Shown piece after piece: positions 10,667-21,254 of a stretch of 64,000 nucleotides of DNA. Numbering within the stretch: the first letter of the stretch is position 1; every line of letters begins with the position of its first letter. A program made the translations under genes and the position numbers. Source of the DNA: Roseburia sp. CAG:10041_57 (GTDB lineage: Bacteria > Bacillota > Clostridia > Lachnospirales > Lachnospiraceae); the NCBI GenBank assembly GCA_001916965.1, contig MNTL01000004.1:33971-97970 (forward strand), read 5' to 3'. Below the pieces are notes generated by a model. That model had not been told where the DNA came from, did not search any database, and saw only the letters and a list, made by a program, of their open reading frames with translations.

Positions 10667-12421
10667 ATGAGGAATAAAATGGACATCTTTAAAAAGCTGA
10701 ATTACATTTTGGACAAAAAGCAGAAAATCAATATAGTTGTTTTGGCAGTTATGATATTCATTGGTGGTATATTGGAAACTTTAAGTATATCAGCAATGCT
10801 TCCGGTTGTTTGGGTTATAATTGATGCAGAATCTGTACAACAGAATAAATATTGTCAATGGATTATGGAACTTCTTCACATACAGAATATGCAAGGATTT
10901 ATCATTATGCTGTTAGTTGCATTGATGATTATGTATATATTGAAAAATGCATATCTATTGCTTTTGACAAGCGAACAGAATCGATTTATTTCTGTAAACA
11001 GGAACAGATTGATCAGCCAGGTGCTAAGGGAATTTTTGAATAGACCGTATGAGTTCTATCTGGATGCAGATATTCCTACCGTTTTTCGATTGACAGATAG
11101 TGATATTCCGAATGTATTTGGTATTCTGATGGCTATTATTTCTTTGGCATCTGAAGTAGTTGTATTTGTTTTGATATGCGGAGTACTTATCGTAACAGAT
11201 TGGAAGCTTGTGCTGGTTCTTATATTTATTTCAGGAATTGTAACGCTTGTTTTATTTAAAGTTCTGAAGCCTAAGTTGAATTCGCTTGGAATGACCAATC
11301 AGGCTATTCAGTCAAGAATCGCTAAATGGCGTATTCAGGCTATCTATGGTATTAAAGATGTTAAGGTATTGCATAGAGAATCATTTTTTGCAGATAACTA
11401 TGAAAGCAATGGAAAAATCGGGGCTAAATTAAATCAGAAATATGCAATTATTAATGCGTTGCCCAGAATTTTAATAGAAACTATTTTTATGGTATCTATA
11501 TTGGGGTATTTAGTTGTCTGTGTTGCATTAGGAGATGATATGACACAGATGCTTCCGACACTGACGGCTTTTGGATTGGCTGCAGTCAGACTGTTACCTT
11601 GTGTAAATCGTATTAACACATATCTTACAGATATTTCATATTTCAGACCGTGTCTTGATTATGTTTATGAGAACATGAACATAAATGAAATCAGTAAAAA
11701 GACAAATCAGACATTGCTGCCTGTTGATGAAACTAAGACCATGGAACTAAAAGACAGGATAGAGCTGAAAGATATTGTGTATGCTTATCCGAACACGGAC
11801 GTACTGATTTTTGATCATGCCGATATGGAAATCCCATATGGCAAGTCAATTGGAATTATGGGACCTTCCGGAGCCGGTAAATCAACTATAGTAGATATTC
11901 TTCTGGGTTTACTGAAGGTACATGAGGGACAGATACTTTGTGATGGCGATAATGTATTTGAGAATTATCCTGCATGGCTGGCGCAGATTGGATATATTCC
12001 TCAGTCTATTTATCTGGTAGATGAACCTATCCGCAATAATATTGCATTTGGTATTGCAGATGATGAGATTGATGATAACAGAATCTGGCAGGTATTAGAA
12101 GAAGCTCAACTGAAAGAATTTATACAGACACTTCCAGAAGGATTGGATACAACAATCGGAGACAGAGGTGTTAGATTGTCCGGCGGACAAAGGCAGCGTC
12201 TTGGCATTGCGAGGGCATTGTATCATAATCCGGAGATTCTTGTGTTTGATGAGGCCACTTCAGCATTGGATAATGAGACAGAGGCTGCAGTTATGGAAGC
12301 AATCAACAGCTTTCATGGTAAGAAAACAATGGTTATTATTGCACATAGACTCAATACAATCGAGAAATGTGATATGATTTATAAGGTTGAAGGCGGCAAG
12401 ATTACACAGACAACTTTATAG
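10667..12421 (+). CDS. ABC transporter TMD-NBD fusion, PglK-like lipid-linked glycan flippase
   Basis: TM region, GPSGAGKST, LSGGQRQR, VFDEATSALD, IAHRL. The AAVRLLP motif resembles PglK-type exporters. Confidence 0.85.
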   Translation: MRNKMDIFKKLNYILDKKQKINIVVLAVMIFIGGILETLSISAMLPVVWVIIDAESVQQNKYCQWIMELLHIQNMQGFIIMLLVALMIMYILKNAYLLLLTSEQNRFISVNRNRLISQVLREFLNRPYEFYLDADIPTVFRLTDSDIPNVFGILMAIISLASEVVVFVLICGVLIVTDWKLVLVLIFISGIVTLVLFKVLKPKLNSLGMTNQAIQSRIAKWRIQAIYGIKDVKVLHRESFFADNYESNGKIGAKLNQKYAIINALPRILIETIFMVSILGYLVVCVALGDDMTQMLPTLTAFGLAAVRLLPCVNRINTYLTDISYFRPCLDYVYENMNINEISKKTNQTLLPVDETKTMELKDRIELKDIVYAYPNTDVLIFDHADMEIPYGKSIGIMGPSGAGKSTIVDILLGLLKVHEGQILCDGDNVFENYPAWLAQIGYIPQSIYLVDEPIRNNIAFGIADDEIDDNRIWQVLEEAQLKEFIQTLPEGLDTTIGDRGVRLSGGQRQRLGIARALYHNPEILVFDEATSALDNETEAAVMEAINSFHGKKTMVIIAHRLNTIEKCDMIYKVEGGKITQTTL

Positions 12422-12440
12422 GCATAGGAAGAGGTACAAG

Positions 12441-13346
12441 TTGGATAAACATGCATATTTGCTGCTGATTCATGAGAATTCATTAGTGCTGAACAGATTG
12501 ATTCGGTTAATAGATGATAATTGGAATGATATCTATATCCACATAGATAAAAATGCGAAAAATATAGACCCATCAGAAATAAAACAGTTTGCACAGAAAT
12601 CGAAGGTATATTTTGTAAAAAGACACAAGGTGTACTGGGGAACAAATAGTATCATGGAAGCTGAGATTGAACTGTTTAAGGCGGCAGCAAAGCAGCAGTA
12701 TCAGTACTATCATTTGCTGTCAGGTGCTGATCTTCCAATAAAGACACAGAAAGAGATACATGATTTCTTTGAAGAGAACAATGGAAAAGAATTCATACAT
12801 TTTGGAACAGAGCAGTATCAGAAGGATATTCAGGAGAGATATAACCAGTATCATTTCTTTACAAAGCGGCTGGGAAGAAAAAGAGACAAAAAATTCTGGG
12901 TACAATTGGAGACATATTCACTGGCGATACAAAGAAGACTGCATGTTAATAGGGAGAAAAAGAATGATTTTTCGTTTTATGGCGGTTCCAATTGGTGCAG
13001 CGTTACATATGAATATGCAAAGTATTTAATAAATGAGTATAAAAGGATAAGGCGTAGCTATTATTTTACGCAGATTAGTGATGAATCAATATTGCAGACT
13101 GTGTTAATGAAATCACTTTATAAAAATAGTGTTTATCAAAGTAGTTTTTCTAACAGTTGCATAAGCAATGTACGTGAAATTGATTGGAACAGGGGAAATC
13201 CATATGTATTTCGAGCAGAAGACTTTGAGATGCTTATGAATTCACCATGTATGTTTGCCAGAAAATTTGACGAGAAGACAGACCGGAAAATCATAGAGCA
13301 GATATATGAGACAATCAATAATGAGCAGATTAAGGATAGAGGGTAG
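12441..13346 (+). CDS. GT14 core-2/I-branching beta-1,6-GlcNAc transferase-like protein
   Basis: HAYLLLIH, IYIHID, VYWG, LLSGADLP, GGSNW, SDE, IDW and FARKF. The TTG at 12441 after GAGG is the likelier start than 12387. Confidence 0.85.
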   Translation: MDKHAYLLLIHENSLVLNRLIRLIDDNWNDIYIHIDKNAKNIDPSEIKQFAQKSKVYFVKRHKVYWGTNSIMEAEIELFKAAAKQQYQYYHLLSGADLPIKTQKEIHDFFEENNGKEFIHFGTEQYQKDIQERYNQYHFFTKRLGRKRDKKFWVQLETYSLAIQRRLHVNREKKNDFSFYGGSNWCSVTYEYAKYLINEYKRIRRSYYFTQISDESILQTVLMKSLYKNSVYQSSFSNSCISNVREIDWNRGNPYVFRAEDFEMLMNSPCMFARKFDEKTDRKIIEQIYETINNEQIKDRG

Positions 13347-13358
13347 AAAGGAAAGAGC

Positions 13359-14396
13359 ATGATACATGAACAGGTTATTGCAACAGAATTATTAAAAGGT
13401 CAGGGACTGGGCAATCAACTGTTCTGCTATGTTACGACCAGATGTCTTGCTATGAAGAATCACAGTCAATTCGCCATTCTGAATAAAGAAATTTTAGCAA
13501 ATAATATTCACAGCAATAAGGGCATGTATTTCATGGATATTGACTGTGGCCTGGACATGAAGAAAGAAGAATTTTCAGAGATTTATCAGGAGAAAGAAGA
13601 TAGAATATATCTTGGCAATTCCATACATGATATCGAGCATGGATGCTATATTTCAGGAGCAGATGAGAAGTTTCTGAGGCTGGCTCAATCTACACTTGTA
13701 TATGGCAATATGCAGGATGAAGCATATTTTGGACAGTATAAAGAAGAGATTAAGCAATGGCTGAGGGTAAAGCCGGAATATGATAGTTATGAATATTCCA
13801 GGGATAATCTGTGCATTATCAATATTCGAGGTGGCGAATATACCAGCAATCCGGAGCTTTTTCTTCGTAGGAAATACTGGCTGGATGCCATGAAGGTGAT
13901 GAAACGTAAGCGCCCTGATATGGAATTTATGGTAATTACAGACGATTTGTCAGCAGCAAGAAGAATCCTTCCTGAAGTGCCGGCTTACCACTTTGATCTG
14001 GCAGGAGATTACACTGCAATCAAAAATGCAAAGTATCTGATATTATCGAACTCTACATTTGCTTTTTTCCCTGCTTATACCAGTGAAACTGTTCAGTATA
14101 TTATTGCACCGAAATATTGGGCGAGACATAATGTGTCGGATGGATATTGGGCATCTGAGCAGAATATTTATGATGAGTTCATATATATGGATAGAAAGGG
14201 AAAACTTTTTACTGCAGCAGAATGTCGGGAAGAGTTGGCAGCATATAAGCAGAGTTCCAACAGATATCAAAAGGCTGGAATAAAATTATCCGGTATCAGG
14301 TTATTGACAGCAAAATGCCATGCGAAATATCTGATTTGTGAGGATTTATTTGTAAGGGCATTACGTTCTGTAAAAAGAAGAATATCTTCTGATTGA
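13359..14396 (+). CDS. Divergent GT11-like glycosyltransferase
   Basis: GQGLGNQLF, INIRGGEY, VITDD, SNSTFAFF and IIAPKYW. Confidence 0.7.
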   Translation: MIHEQVIATELLKGQGLGNQLFCYVTTRCLAMKNHSQFAILNKEILANNIHSNKGMYFMDIDCGLDMKKEEFSEIYQEKEDRIYLGNSIHDIEHGCYISGADEKFLRLAQSTLVYGNMQDEAYFGQYKEEIKQWLRVKPEYDSYEYSRDNLCIINIRGGEYTSNPELFLRRKYWLDAMKVMKRKRPDMEFMVITDDLSAARRILPEVPAYHFDLAGDYTAIKNAKYLILSNSTFAFFPAYTSETVQYIIAPKYWARHNVSDGYWASEQNIYDEFIYMDRKGKLFTAAECREELAAYKQSSNRYQKAGIKLSGIRLLTAKCHAKYLICEDLFVRALRSVKRRISSD

Positions 14397-14413
14397 TAAA
14401 TGGAGTGAAATAT

Positions 14414-14704
14414 ATGCAAAAACATCATAATATGACTTTTGATGAGATCGTTAAAGAGGTTGTAAGAGTATGTAAAAAAAATAAAGTAGAGCATCTTTCA
14501 TTATTTGGCTCTTATGCACGGGGGACTCAGACAGAAAGAAGTGATATTGATTTTATTGCGTATGGTGTAAAAGATATTGAGACTTTGCGTGAAGAAATAG
14601 ATGAGATTATGACATTAAAAAAAATAGATATATTTGATTATGATGAAGTATGTAATCAATATTTGAGAGAGGATATGGATGAATATGGAAGAAAAATCTA
14701 CTAA
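14414..14704 (+). CDS. Minimal nucleotidyltransferase (MNT) antitoxin
   Basis: LFGSYARG...SDIDF (GSX10DXD), about 96 aa. GGAG RBS before the ATG at 14414. Confidence 0.85.
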   Translation: MQKHHNMTFDEIVKEVVRVCKKNKVEHLSLFGSYARGTQTERSDIDFIAYGVKDIETLREEIDEIMTLKKIDIFDYDEVCNQYLREDMDEYGRKIY

Positions 14705-15107
14705 AAGATATCTAAGTTTTTGCAAAAGTCTGGATAATTTGAAATTGTCATGTGGTGCAAATCCCAATGAAAATTTTGTCCTTAGTGGTACTGCACAAAC
14801 TTTTAATCTTACTTTTGACTTAGCATGGAAAGTAATGAAAGATATTATTGTTTCAGAATATGGGATAGTCGATTTTGCAACAGGTTCACCAAGAGATACA
14901 TTAAAGACTGCATATAGTGTCGGGCTAATATCAGATGATCTATGGCTTCAAATGCTGAAAGTCAGAAACACATTAATTCACGATTATGATGGAGATGTGG
15001 CTAAAAGGTATTTCAAAAATATTACAGAGGATTTTTTTGAATTGCTTCAGCAGTTAAGAAGTAAAGCTGAGCAATGGTATCAAGTGGATGAATCAGACGG
15101 TAGGTAA
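14679..15107 (+). CDS. HEPN toxin / HI0074-type nucleotidyltransferase substrate-binding protein
   Basis: QTFNLTFDLAWK, SPRD and RNTLIHDY (RX4HXY). Overlaps the MNT gene. Confidence 0.85.
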   Translation: MNMEEKSTKRYLSFCKSLDNLKLSCGANPNENFVLSGTAQTFNLTFDLAWKVMKDIIVSEYGIVDFATGSPRDTLKTAYSVGLISDDLWLQMLKVRNTLIHDYDGDVAKRYFKNITEDFFELLQQLRSKAEQWYQVDESDGR

Positions 15108-15122
15108 GCAGGAGAAATATAA

Positions 15123-15884
15123 ATGCAGGAAAAATTAAAGTTACCACAGATTACATTAGTGGCAATGACAAGTGTAAATATAAAAGAGACAATTCAGGCT
15201 ATGGAGTACAGTATGCGTGGAATTGAATTCGGTGATGCTGTGCTGATCACGCATAAGAAGCCCATCGGGCTGCCTAAGAATATCCGTTACAGTCATACCA
15301 GTGAGCTTACGGATATTGACGCCTTTAATTATAAAATGGTATATGAGCTGGGTGATCACATCCATACAGATTATGCCATGATCGTGCATGCAGATGGGTT
15401 TATCGTACATCCCGAAATGTGGCGTGATGAGTTCCTGAAATATGATTATATTGGTGCTCCGTGGCCATTACCGAAGGAAGGCGACGCCACTACCTACCGT
15501 GATAAAGATGGTAATATCTGTCGTGTGGGCAACAGCGTAGGAATCCGAAGCAAGCGTCTTATGGATTATCCGAAAAAGGCTAATATCCCATGGGAAGGCG
15601 AGTATGCATATGGTAAGATGTGGTATCATGAGGATGGATTTATCTGCTGTAAGATCAAGCATATCCTGGAAGCAGAAGGTATGCAGATAGCACCTCTTGA
15701 AGTGGCTAAATATTTCGGACATGAGCATATGATACCGGAGATAGAGGGAATTACGCCGTTTGCTTTTCATAAGTGGGCCGGTACAAATGCCCAGTATCCT
15801 AATTTCTATCGGGAATCACTGGGAACGAAGTGCAAGAAGCTTGCAAGAAAGATAATACATCCAAAATGCAAACAGAATAGGTAA
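15123..15884 (+). CDS. DUF5672-like putative glycosyltransferase
   Basis: VHADGF, YDYIGAPW, VGNSVGIRSK, HEDGFIC, FAFH. Confidence 0.65.
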   Translation: MQEKLKLPQITLVAMTSVNIKETIQAMEYSMRGIEFGDAVLITHKKPIGLPKNIRYSHTSELTDIDAFNYKMVYELGDHIHTDYAMIVHADGFIVHPEMWRDEFLKYDYIGAPWPLPKEGDATTYRDKDGNICRVGNSVGIRSKRLMDYPKKANIPWEGEYAYGKMWYHEDGFICCKIKHILEAEGMQIAPLEVAKYFGHEHMIPEIEGITPFAFHKWAGTNAQYPNFYRESLGTKCKKLARKIIHPKCKQNR

Positions 15885-15911
15885 ACCAAAGTAGATAAAA
15901 AGGAACAGAGC

Positions 15912-16865
15912 ATGGTATACGATTGTTTTCAATTTTTCAATGAATTAGATATTCTTAAAATCAGACTCAATGTCATGAATGATGTTGTAGACAAGTTTGT
16001 GATCAGCGAGGCTACAGAGACCTTTTCAGGACTTAAGAAACCTCTTTATTATGAAGAAAATAAAGAGATGTTCAAGGAGTTCGAGGATAAGATTATACAT
16101 GTTGTAGTAGATGATACGCCTCAGGGGGGGACTCATGAAAGAGATACCTTCCAGAAAAATGCAGTAACCCGTGGACTGAAAGATGCTACAGATGAGGATA
16201 TCATTATTTTCAGTGATCTGGATGAGGTTCCTAACCCGGAGAAAATCAAGGAAATATTGCAGAATTTCCAACAGGATAAAATCTATCATTTCGCACAGAG
16301 ATTATTCTATTGTTATTTGAACATGGAAGAAGTATCGGGAAATCTCCTGTCTTATGCAGGGGAATTTGATGGTGTGGAGCATAAGAAATGGATTGGTTCC
16401 AAGATGTTAAGCTATAAGCTTATGAAAGAGCAGCATCTGCAGTGTGGTGATCTCCGGTTCCCGGAGCGCAAGGAAATAGGAATTCGTGTAGAAGACGGTG
16501 GCTGGCATTTTGGATATATGGGTGGTCATGGCGAGAAGGATATTAAGAAGCGTGTGCAGGAGAAGGTAGTTTCTGCTGCACATCAGGAATATAATTCCAA
16601 GCATGTACTAAACCAGGTTACAGATCAGATTAAGGATGGCAAGGATATCTTTGGGAGAGATGCCAGATTTATTAGATGCGAGATAGATGAAAGCTATCCG
16701 AGGTATATCAGAGAGCACCAGAAAGAACTGGATTTCCTGATCCTGCATGAGGAGAAGCCTGTGGAGCATGCTCTTAGACGGGCAAAGGTAACAATTAAGG
16801 ATACATGTTACCAGATAGAAGTAGGATGCAAGCGACTGATAAAGAAAATAATAAGTAGAGGGTAG
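15912..16865 (+). CDS. GT17 (MGAT3-like) glycosyltransferase
   Basis: VYDCFQFFNELDILKIRL, ETFSG, SDLDEVP and GGWHFGY. Confidence 0.8.
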   Translation: MVYDCFQFFNELDILKIRLNVMNDVVDKFVISEATETFSGLKKPLYYEENKEMFKEFEDKIIHVVVDDTPQGGTHERDTFQKNAVTRGLKDATDEDIIIFSDLDEVPNPEKIKEILQNFQQDKIYHFAQRLFYCYLNMEEVSGNLLSYAGEFDGVEHKKWIGSKMLSYKLMKEQHLQCGDLRFPERKEIGIRVEDGGWHFGYMGGHGEKDIKKRVQEKVVSAAHQEYNSKHVLNQVTDQIKDGKDIFGRDARFIRCEIDESYPRYIREHQKELDFLILHEEKPVEHALRRAKVTIKDTCYQIEVGCKRLIKKIISRG

Positions 16866-16868
16866 AAC

Positions 16869-17819
16869 ATGGTAAAAGTATCAATCTGCGTGCCGACTTA
16901 TAATAATGCGTTGGAGGTGGAGAGACTGTTACAGTCTGTTCACAGGCAGAATTATACAGATTATGAAGTGAATATATCAGATGACTCTACGAATGAAGAA
17001 ACAGCAGAACTGATAGAGTGGATCAGAACAGAATGGAGTTGGCAGGATAAACTGCATTATATCCACAATGAGAAGCCATTAGGGCATATTTATAACTGGA
17101 ATGCGGCAATTAAGATGGCAGCAGGGGAATATATTAAGATTATGTTCAGTGATGACTGGTTTACAGACAGTGACGGCCTTGGGACATTTGTAAGTATGCT
17201 TGATGAACATCCCAAAGCTAATCTTGCCTTTTCAGGGAGTATGCAAGTACTGCTGGACGGACAGGATATTGAACAGGTAAAACATCTGAACAAACAGGTA
17301 ACAGAGCATGGAAATGCATTTGCAAGATATGCGGAAGATGCCTTTATAGAACGACTGCACAGAAATTATAAGCTGTTTTTCCTGGGAAACCAGATAGGAG
17401 CTCCCAGTGCCGGAATTTACCGCAGGGGAGAACAGCCGGTATTATTTGATGAACAAAGCAACTGGGCTTCTGATATGTTCCTGTATTTTGACCTGCTGCA
17501 GGCTAACCATGTGTTTGTATACACGAAGGAACCGTTGATTTCTATAGGTATGCATGCTAATCAGTATACTGAGACATTTTCAGAAAGAGATATGCGCATT
17601 TATAATGATTACAGGTATTTGTATACGAAATATGGACTGCAGGATTGTGAAGAGTGCAGACAGTATTTCACAGAGAACTTTATCATTAAGTACCATCAGG
17701 GATTGAAAGAAGCTAAAGCACTGGGAATAGAGAACAGCAGATACTGGAGGGCATGGTGTAAAGAACAGAAGGAAACAGTAAAATGTTTTCTGCATGCAAG
17801 ATTACAGCATGGAAGATAA
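16869..17819 (+). CDS. GT2 glycosyltransferase
   Basis: VSICVPTYN, SDDS, NWNAAI, MFSDD, IGAPS. Confidence 0.85.
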   Translation: MVKVSICVPTYNNALEVERLLQSVHRQNYTDYEVNISDDSTNEETAELIEWIRTEWSWQDKLHYIHNEKPLGHIYNWNAAIKMAAGEYIKIMFSDDWFTDSDGLGTFVSMLDEHPKANLAFSGSMQVLLDGQDIEQVKHLNKQVTEHGNAFARYAEDAFIERLHRNYKLFFLGNQIGAPSAGIYRRGEQPVLFDEQSNWASDMFLYFDLLQANHVFVYTKEPLISIGMHANQYTETFSERDMRIYNDYRYLYTKYGLQDCEECRQYFTENFIIKYHQGLKEAKALGIENSRYWRAWCKEQKETVKCFLHARLQHGR

Positions 17820-17820
17820 A

Positions 17821-19563
17821 ATGAAAAATATAAAATATGCAGTATACTATCTGGTTATCATATTGATGGCATCCATTCCATTATTTAATAATTATCTGAT
17901 TCGGGGGCATGATATATATTTTCACCTGATGCGCATAGAAGGATTGGCACAGGGACTGGGAGCAGGAGAATTTCCGGTCAGGATACAACCTGCATGGTAT
18001 GACGGATATGGTTACGCCGTATCCGTCTTTTACAGTGATCTGTTCTTATATCCGGCTGCATTGTTGAGATTACTGGGAATATCACTACAGGATGCCTATA
18101 AGGTATATGTGGTATTATGTAATGTAGCGACAACACTGATATCAGGCTATAGTTTCGGCAAAATATTCAGGAAAAGAGAAATCGGAGTATTCGGCAGCTG
18201 TCTTTACACACTGGCACCATATCGTCTGGTAAATCTATATACCAGAGGGGCATTGGGAGAATACACAGGGATGATATTCTGGCCTTTACTGATTTACGCC
18301 TGCGTATTATTGCTGAATGAAGATAGAAATAAAGTTCAGTTACAAAAAGGTGCTGTTTTAATGGGAATCAGTATGGCTGGAATGTTACAGAGCCATATGT
18401 TGACAGCAGAAATAGCATGTATGGTATTACTTTTATTAGTTGTTGTGTATTGCAGAAGGATTTTTCATAAGGAAGTTATGCTTGCAGGCTGTGGTGCAGT
18501 TGCAGCTGCACTGGGACTTAGCGCGTGGTTTCTGATTCCATTTTTGGATTATATGCTGTTTGGAAGGTTCAATATCAACAGTATTCGCAATAATGACATT
18601 ATGATACAGAGGCAGGGAACCTTTCTTTCACAGGTATTTGCGATATTTGATAATGCAGTTGGGCAGAGTCTGGACGCAGGTGCCGGGACAGCAGGGGATT
18701 TTACACAGGGTGCTGGACTGTCTCTGATGCTTTCAGTTATCATATTGATGCTATTGTGTATCCGGGGATATCTGAAGCAGGAAGAAAGAAGAAACAGGCA
18801 GATTACAATCACAGCAGCTGGTTTAGGAGTTCTTATGGTAGTTATGAGTACTCTGTACTTCCCATGGGACAGACTATGCAGAATAAGCAGGATATTCCGG
18901 TATATTATTGTAAAAATACAATTTCCATGGCGTTTTACCGGTGTTGCAGTGGGACTGTTAGTAGTAGTATGGTGTGCAGTCCTGAATTATACAGAACGGG
19001 AGTATGACAGAAGAAAAAAAGTAAGTACCATATGCCTTGCTGTTGGTATCCTGTTATTATCAGTCGGACACTTTGTCATAGACCTGAACCAGCGGGCGGA
19101 AAGAACACAGGTTCGCTCTGTAGAGGAAATGGATACTTTCGTGGCATCGGGAGAGGAATACTTGCCTGTTGATACGGTACTGGACAAGCTTAAAACGCAG
19201 GAACTGTACAAAGATGACTGTGTAGAAATATCAGATGTAGTATATCATGGGACATCAATAACAATGCATGTGAAGAATACATCGGCGCAGCAGATGGGCT
19301 TAGAACTGCCACGGTTATATTATGCAGGCTATCAGGCGCTGGAAGTAACGGAGGAAGGACAACATTTTCCAATAGAAGTAACTGATGGAACCAATCATGT
19401 AATTAAGCTTATGATACCTGAAGAGACAGAAGGGAATATTACACTGTCATTCCGTGAACCATGGTATTGGCGATTGGCAGAGATTATCACATTGCTATCA
19501 GCAGGAATCGTGATATTATATACATATAAAATATGGACAAGGGAGAAATTGAAGAATGAATAA
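17821..19563 (+). CDS. Multi-pass GT-C-like membrane protein (PTPS-related/YfhO-like)
   Basis: GHDIYFHLMRI, GYGYAVSVFY, APYRL...RGALGE, IQFPWRF and EYLP. Start uncertain (17794, 17809 or 17821). Confidence 0.65.
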   Translation: MKNIKYAVYYLVIILMASIPLFNNYLIRGHDIYFHLMRIEGLAQGLGAGEFPVRIQPAWYDGYGYAVSVFYSDLFLYPAALLRLLGISLQDAYKVYVVLCNVATTLISGYSFGKIFRKREIGVFGSCLYTLAPYRLVNLYTRGALGEYTGMIFWPLLIYACVLLLNEDRNKVQLQKGAVLMGISMAGMLQSHMLTAEIACMVLLLLVVVYCRRIFHKEVMLAGCGAVAAALGLSAWFLIPFLDYMLFGRFNINSIRNNDIMIQRQGTFLSQVFAIFDNAVGQSLDAGAGTAGDFTQGAGLSLMLSVIILMLLCIRGYLKQEERRNRQITITAAGLGVLMVVMSTLYFPWDRLCRISRIFRYIIVKIQFPWRFTGVAVGLLVVVWCAVLNYTEREYDRRKKVSTICLAVGILLLSVGHFVIDLNQRAERTQVRSVEEMDTFVASGEEYLPVDTVLDKLKTQELYKDDCVEISDVVYHGTSITMHVKNTSAQQMGLELPRLYYAGYQALEVTEEGQHFPIEVTDGTNHVIKLMIPEETEGNITLSFREPWYWRLAEIITLLSAGIVILYTYKIWTREKLKNE

Positions 19564-20395
19564 GACAGATAATTTCTTTGTGATACATAATTTTAATACT
19601 GTTCCGGATGAACTGATAGAGCTATGTCAGGATTATATTATATATGATTGTTCAACTGACAGTAATGTGAAGGAGCAACTTCATAATGGACAGTATAATG
19701 TAATAGATGTAGAGAACACAGGACATAATATTACTACATATTTCTCCTATTTTGATGAGCATTATGATAATCTGCCGGAAGTGATCTGTCTGCTAAAGGG
19801 CAACATGATAGGACGGCATTGTTCAAGAGAATTCTTTGAGCAGGTATATGATAATAAGACATTTACATTCCTGTATGATGAGAAACAGTACTGGGATCGT
19901 TTCTCAAAATATAATGAAAATAAAGAAAAAAATGAAATTGGGACCACATTTCTTGCAATGGAAAATGTCTATGTAGAGAAGAATAACTCATGGTATGTGG
20001 ATTCTCCTAATCATCCAAAGCAGTATTTTAATGATGTGGATGATCTGCTCAGATTTATTTATAAAGAACCCATGATACCACAATATTGCATGTTCTCACC
20101 GGGAGCCTGCTTTATTGTCCGTAGAGAGCAGATATTAAAACATAGTCGTGAGTTTTACCGTAACCTGAATAAGATTATGAATTATGCAATGGACCCATGT
20201 TTCCCATCAGAAGCACACCAGATTGAGAGGATACTGCCTATTATCTTTACTTCTTTATGTGAGGTAAATGACTGGATGGATGATGAGGCTGCCTTTGATG
20301 CCAAATTACCGGAATGCAGTGCGTACATACAGTATAAATGGGAGAACAGACCCAGAAGATTTAAGAAGCTGAGAAAAGCACTAGGCCTGATATAG
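19556..20395 (+). CDS. DUF3431-like conserved protein, possible glycosyltransferase
   Basis: NTGHN..TY...YDNLP, GACFIVRREQI...FY and AHQIER...IF resemble DUF3431. Confidence 0.5.
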   Translation: MNKTDNFFVIHNFNTVPDELIELCQDYIIYDCSTDSNVKEQLHNGQYNVIDVENTGHNITTYFSYFDEHYDNLPEVICLLKGNMIGRHCSREFFEQVYDNKTFTFLYDEKQYWDRFSKYNENKEKNEIGTTFLAMENVYVEKNNSWYVDSPNHPKQYFNDVDDLLRFIYKEPMIPQYCMFSPGACFIVRREQILKHSREFYRNLNKIMNYAMDPCFPSEAHQIERILPIIFTSLCEVNDWMDDEAAFDAKLPECSAYIQYKWENRPRRFKKLRKALGLI

Positions 20396-20416
20396 CCTGG
20401 GAGAGGTAAAAGATAC

Positions 20417-21235
20417 ATGAAATTAGTGAGCGTAGTGGTATTAGCATATAGATCTGCAGATACCATTATAGAAACTTTGGAAAGCATAAAAAAACAGACA
20501 TATCCTCAAATAGAGCTTATTGTAACAGATGATTGTTCACCGGATAACACTGTTGAAGTAGTAGAAAGCTGGATGAGAGATAACAAAGGATGTCTTTCAG
20601 ATATGAAGTTAGTAACTACTAAAAAGAATACTGGTCTACCATCTAATATCAACAGAGGACTACAGGCTGCAACGGGGATGTATTATAAGGGAATTGCAGG
20701 GGATGACTATCTGACTGAAGATGCCATAGAGAAATATGTTGATTTTTGTGAGGAGAATCCAGGCGTGTTTCCTATTGCCAGAGTACATTTGTTTACAGAA
20801 CATGATAATAATCCATCCTTTCCTGAAATACAGGCATATTGTAATAAATGTTATGATTTTGCTCAGAAAACATACAAAGAACAGTATCAGATGCTGCTTA
20901 TGCAGAATCGAATCGTGGCACCATCAGCAACTTTTTATACCATAGATTTTCTAAAACAGGTTAAGGGCTATGACGAAGAGTATAAATGGTTTGAGGATTA
21001 TCCTATGAATCTGAAGGTTATGCATGCAGGATATAAGTTTGGACTTATTGATGAAGAAATTGTCTGGTATCGCATGTCAGAGAAATCTGTTACTGCCTCC
21101 CAACAAATGCGTCTGAAGAAAACAGAAATGAAATTATTTTTCAGAAGAAAGTTATGGTATATGATACAGGCCGGGATGGGATGGGAAGGCATTAAACAAT
21201 TTAAATACTGGCTTAAGATTGCAATGACAAAATAG
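20417..21235 (+). CDS. GT2 glycosyltransferase
   Basis: VSVVVLAY, TDDCSPD, NTG...N.G, AGDD, FED. Confidence 0.85.
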   Translation: MKLVSVVVLAYRSADTIIETLESIKKQTYPQIELIVTDDCSPDNTVEVVESWMRDNKGCLSDMKLVTTKKNTGLPSNINRGLQAATGMYYKGIAGDDYLTEDAIEKYVDFCEENPGVFPIARVHLFTEHDNNPSFPEIQAYCNKCYDFAQKTYKEQYQMLLMQNRIVAPSATFYTIDFLKQVKGYDEEYKWFEDYPMNLKVMHAGYKFGLIDEEIVWYRMSEKSVTASQQMRLKKTEMKLFFRRKLWYMIQAGMGWEGIKQFKYWLKIAMTK

Positions 21236-21254
21236 AAGGAGAAGGAAACTGACA

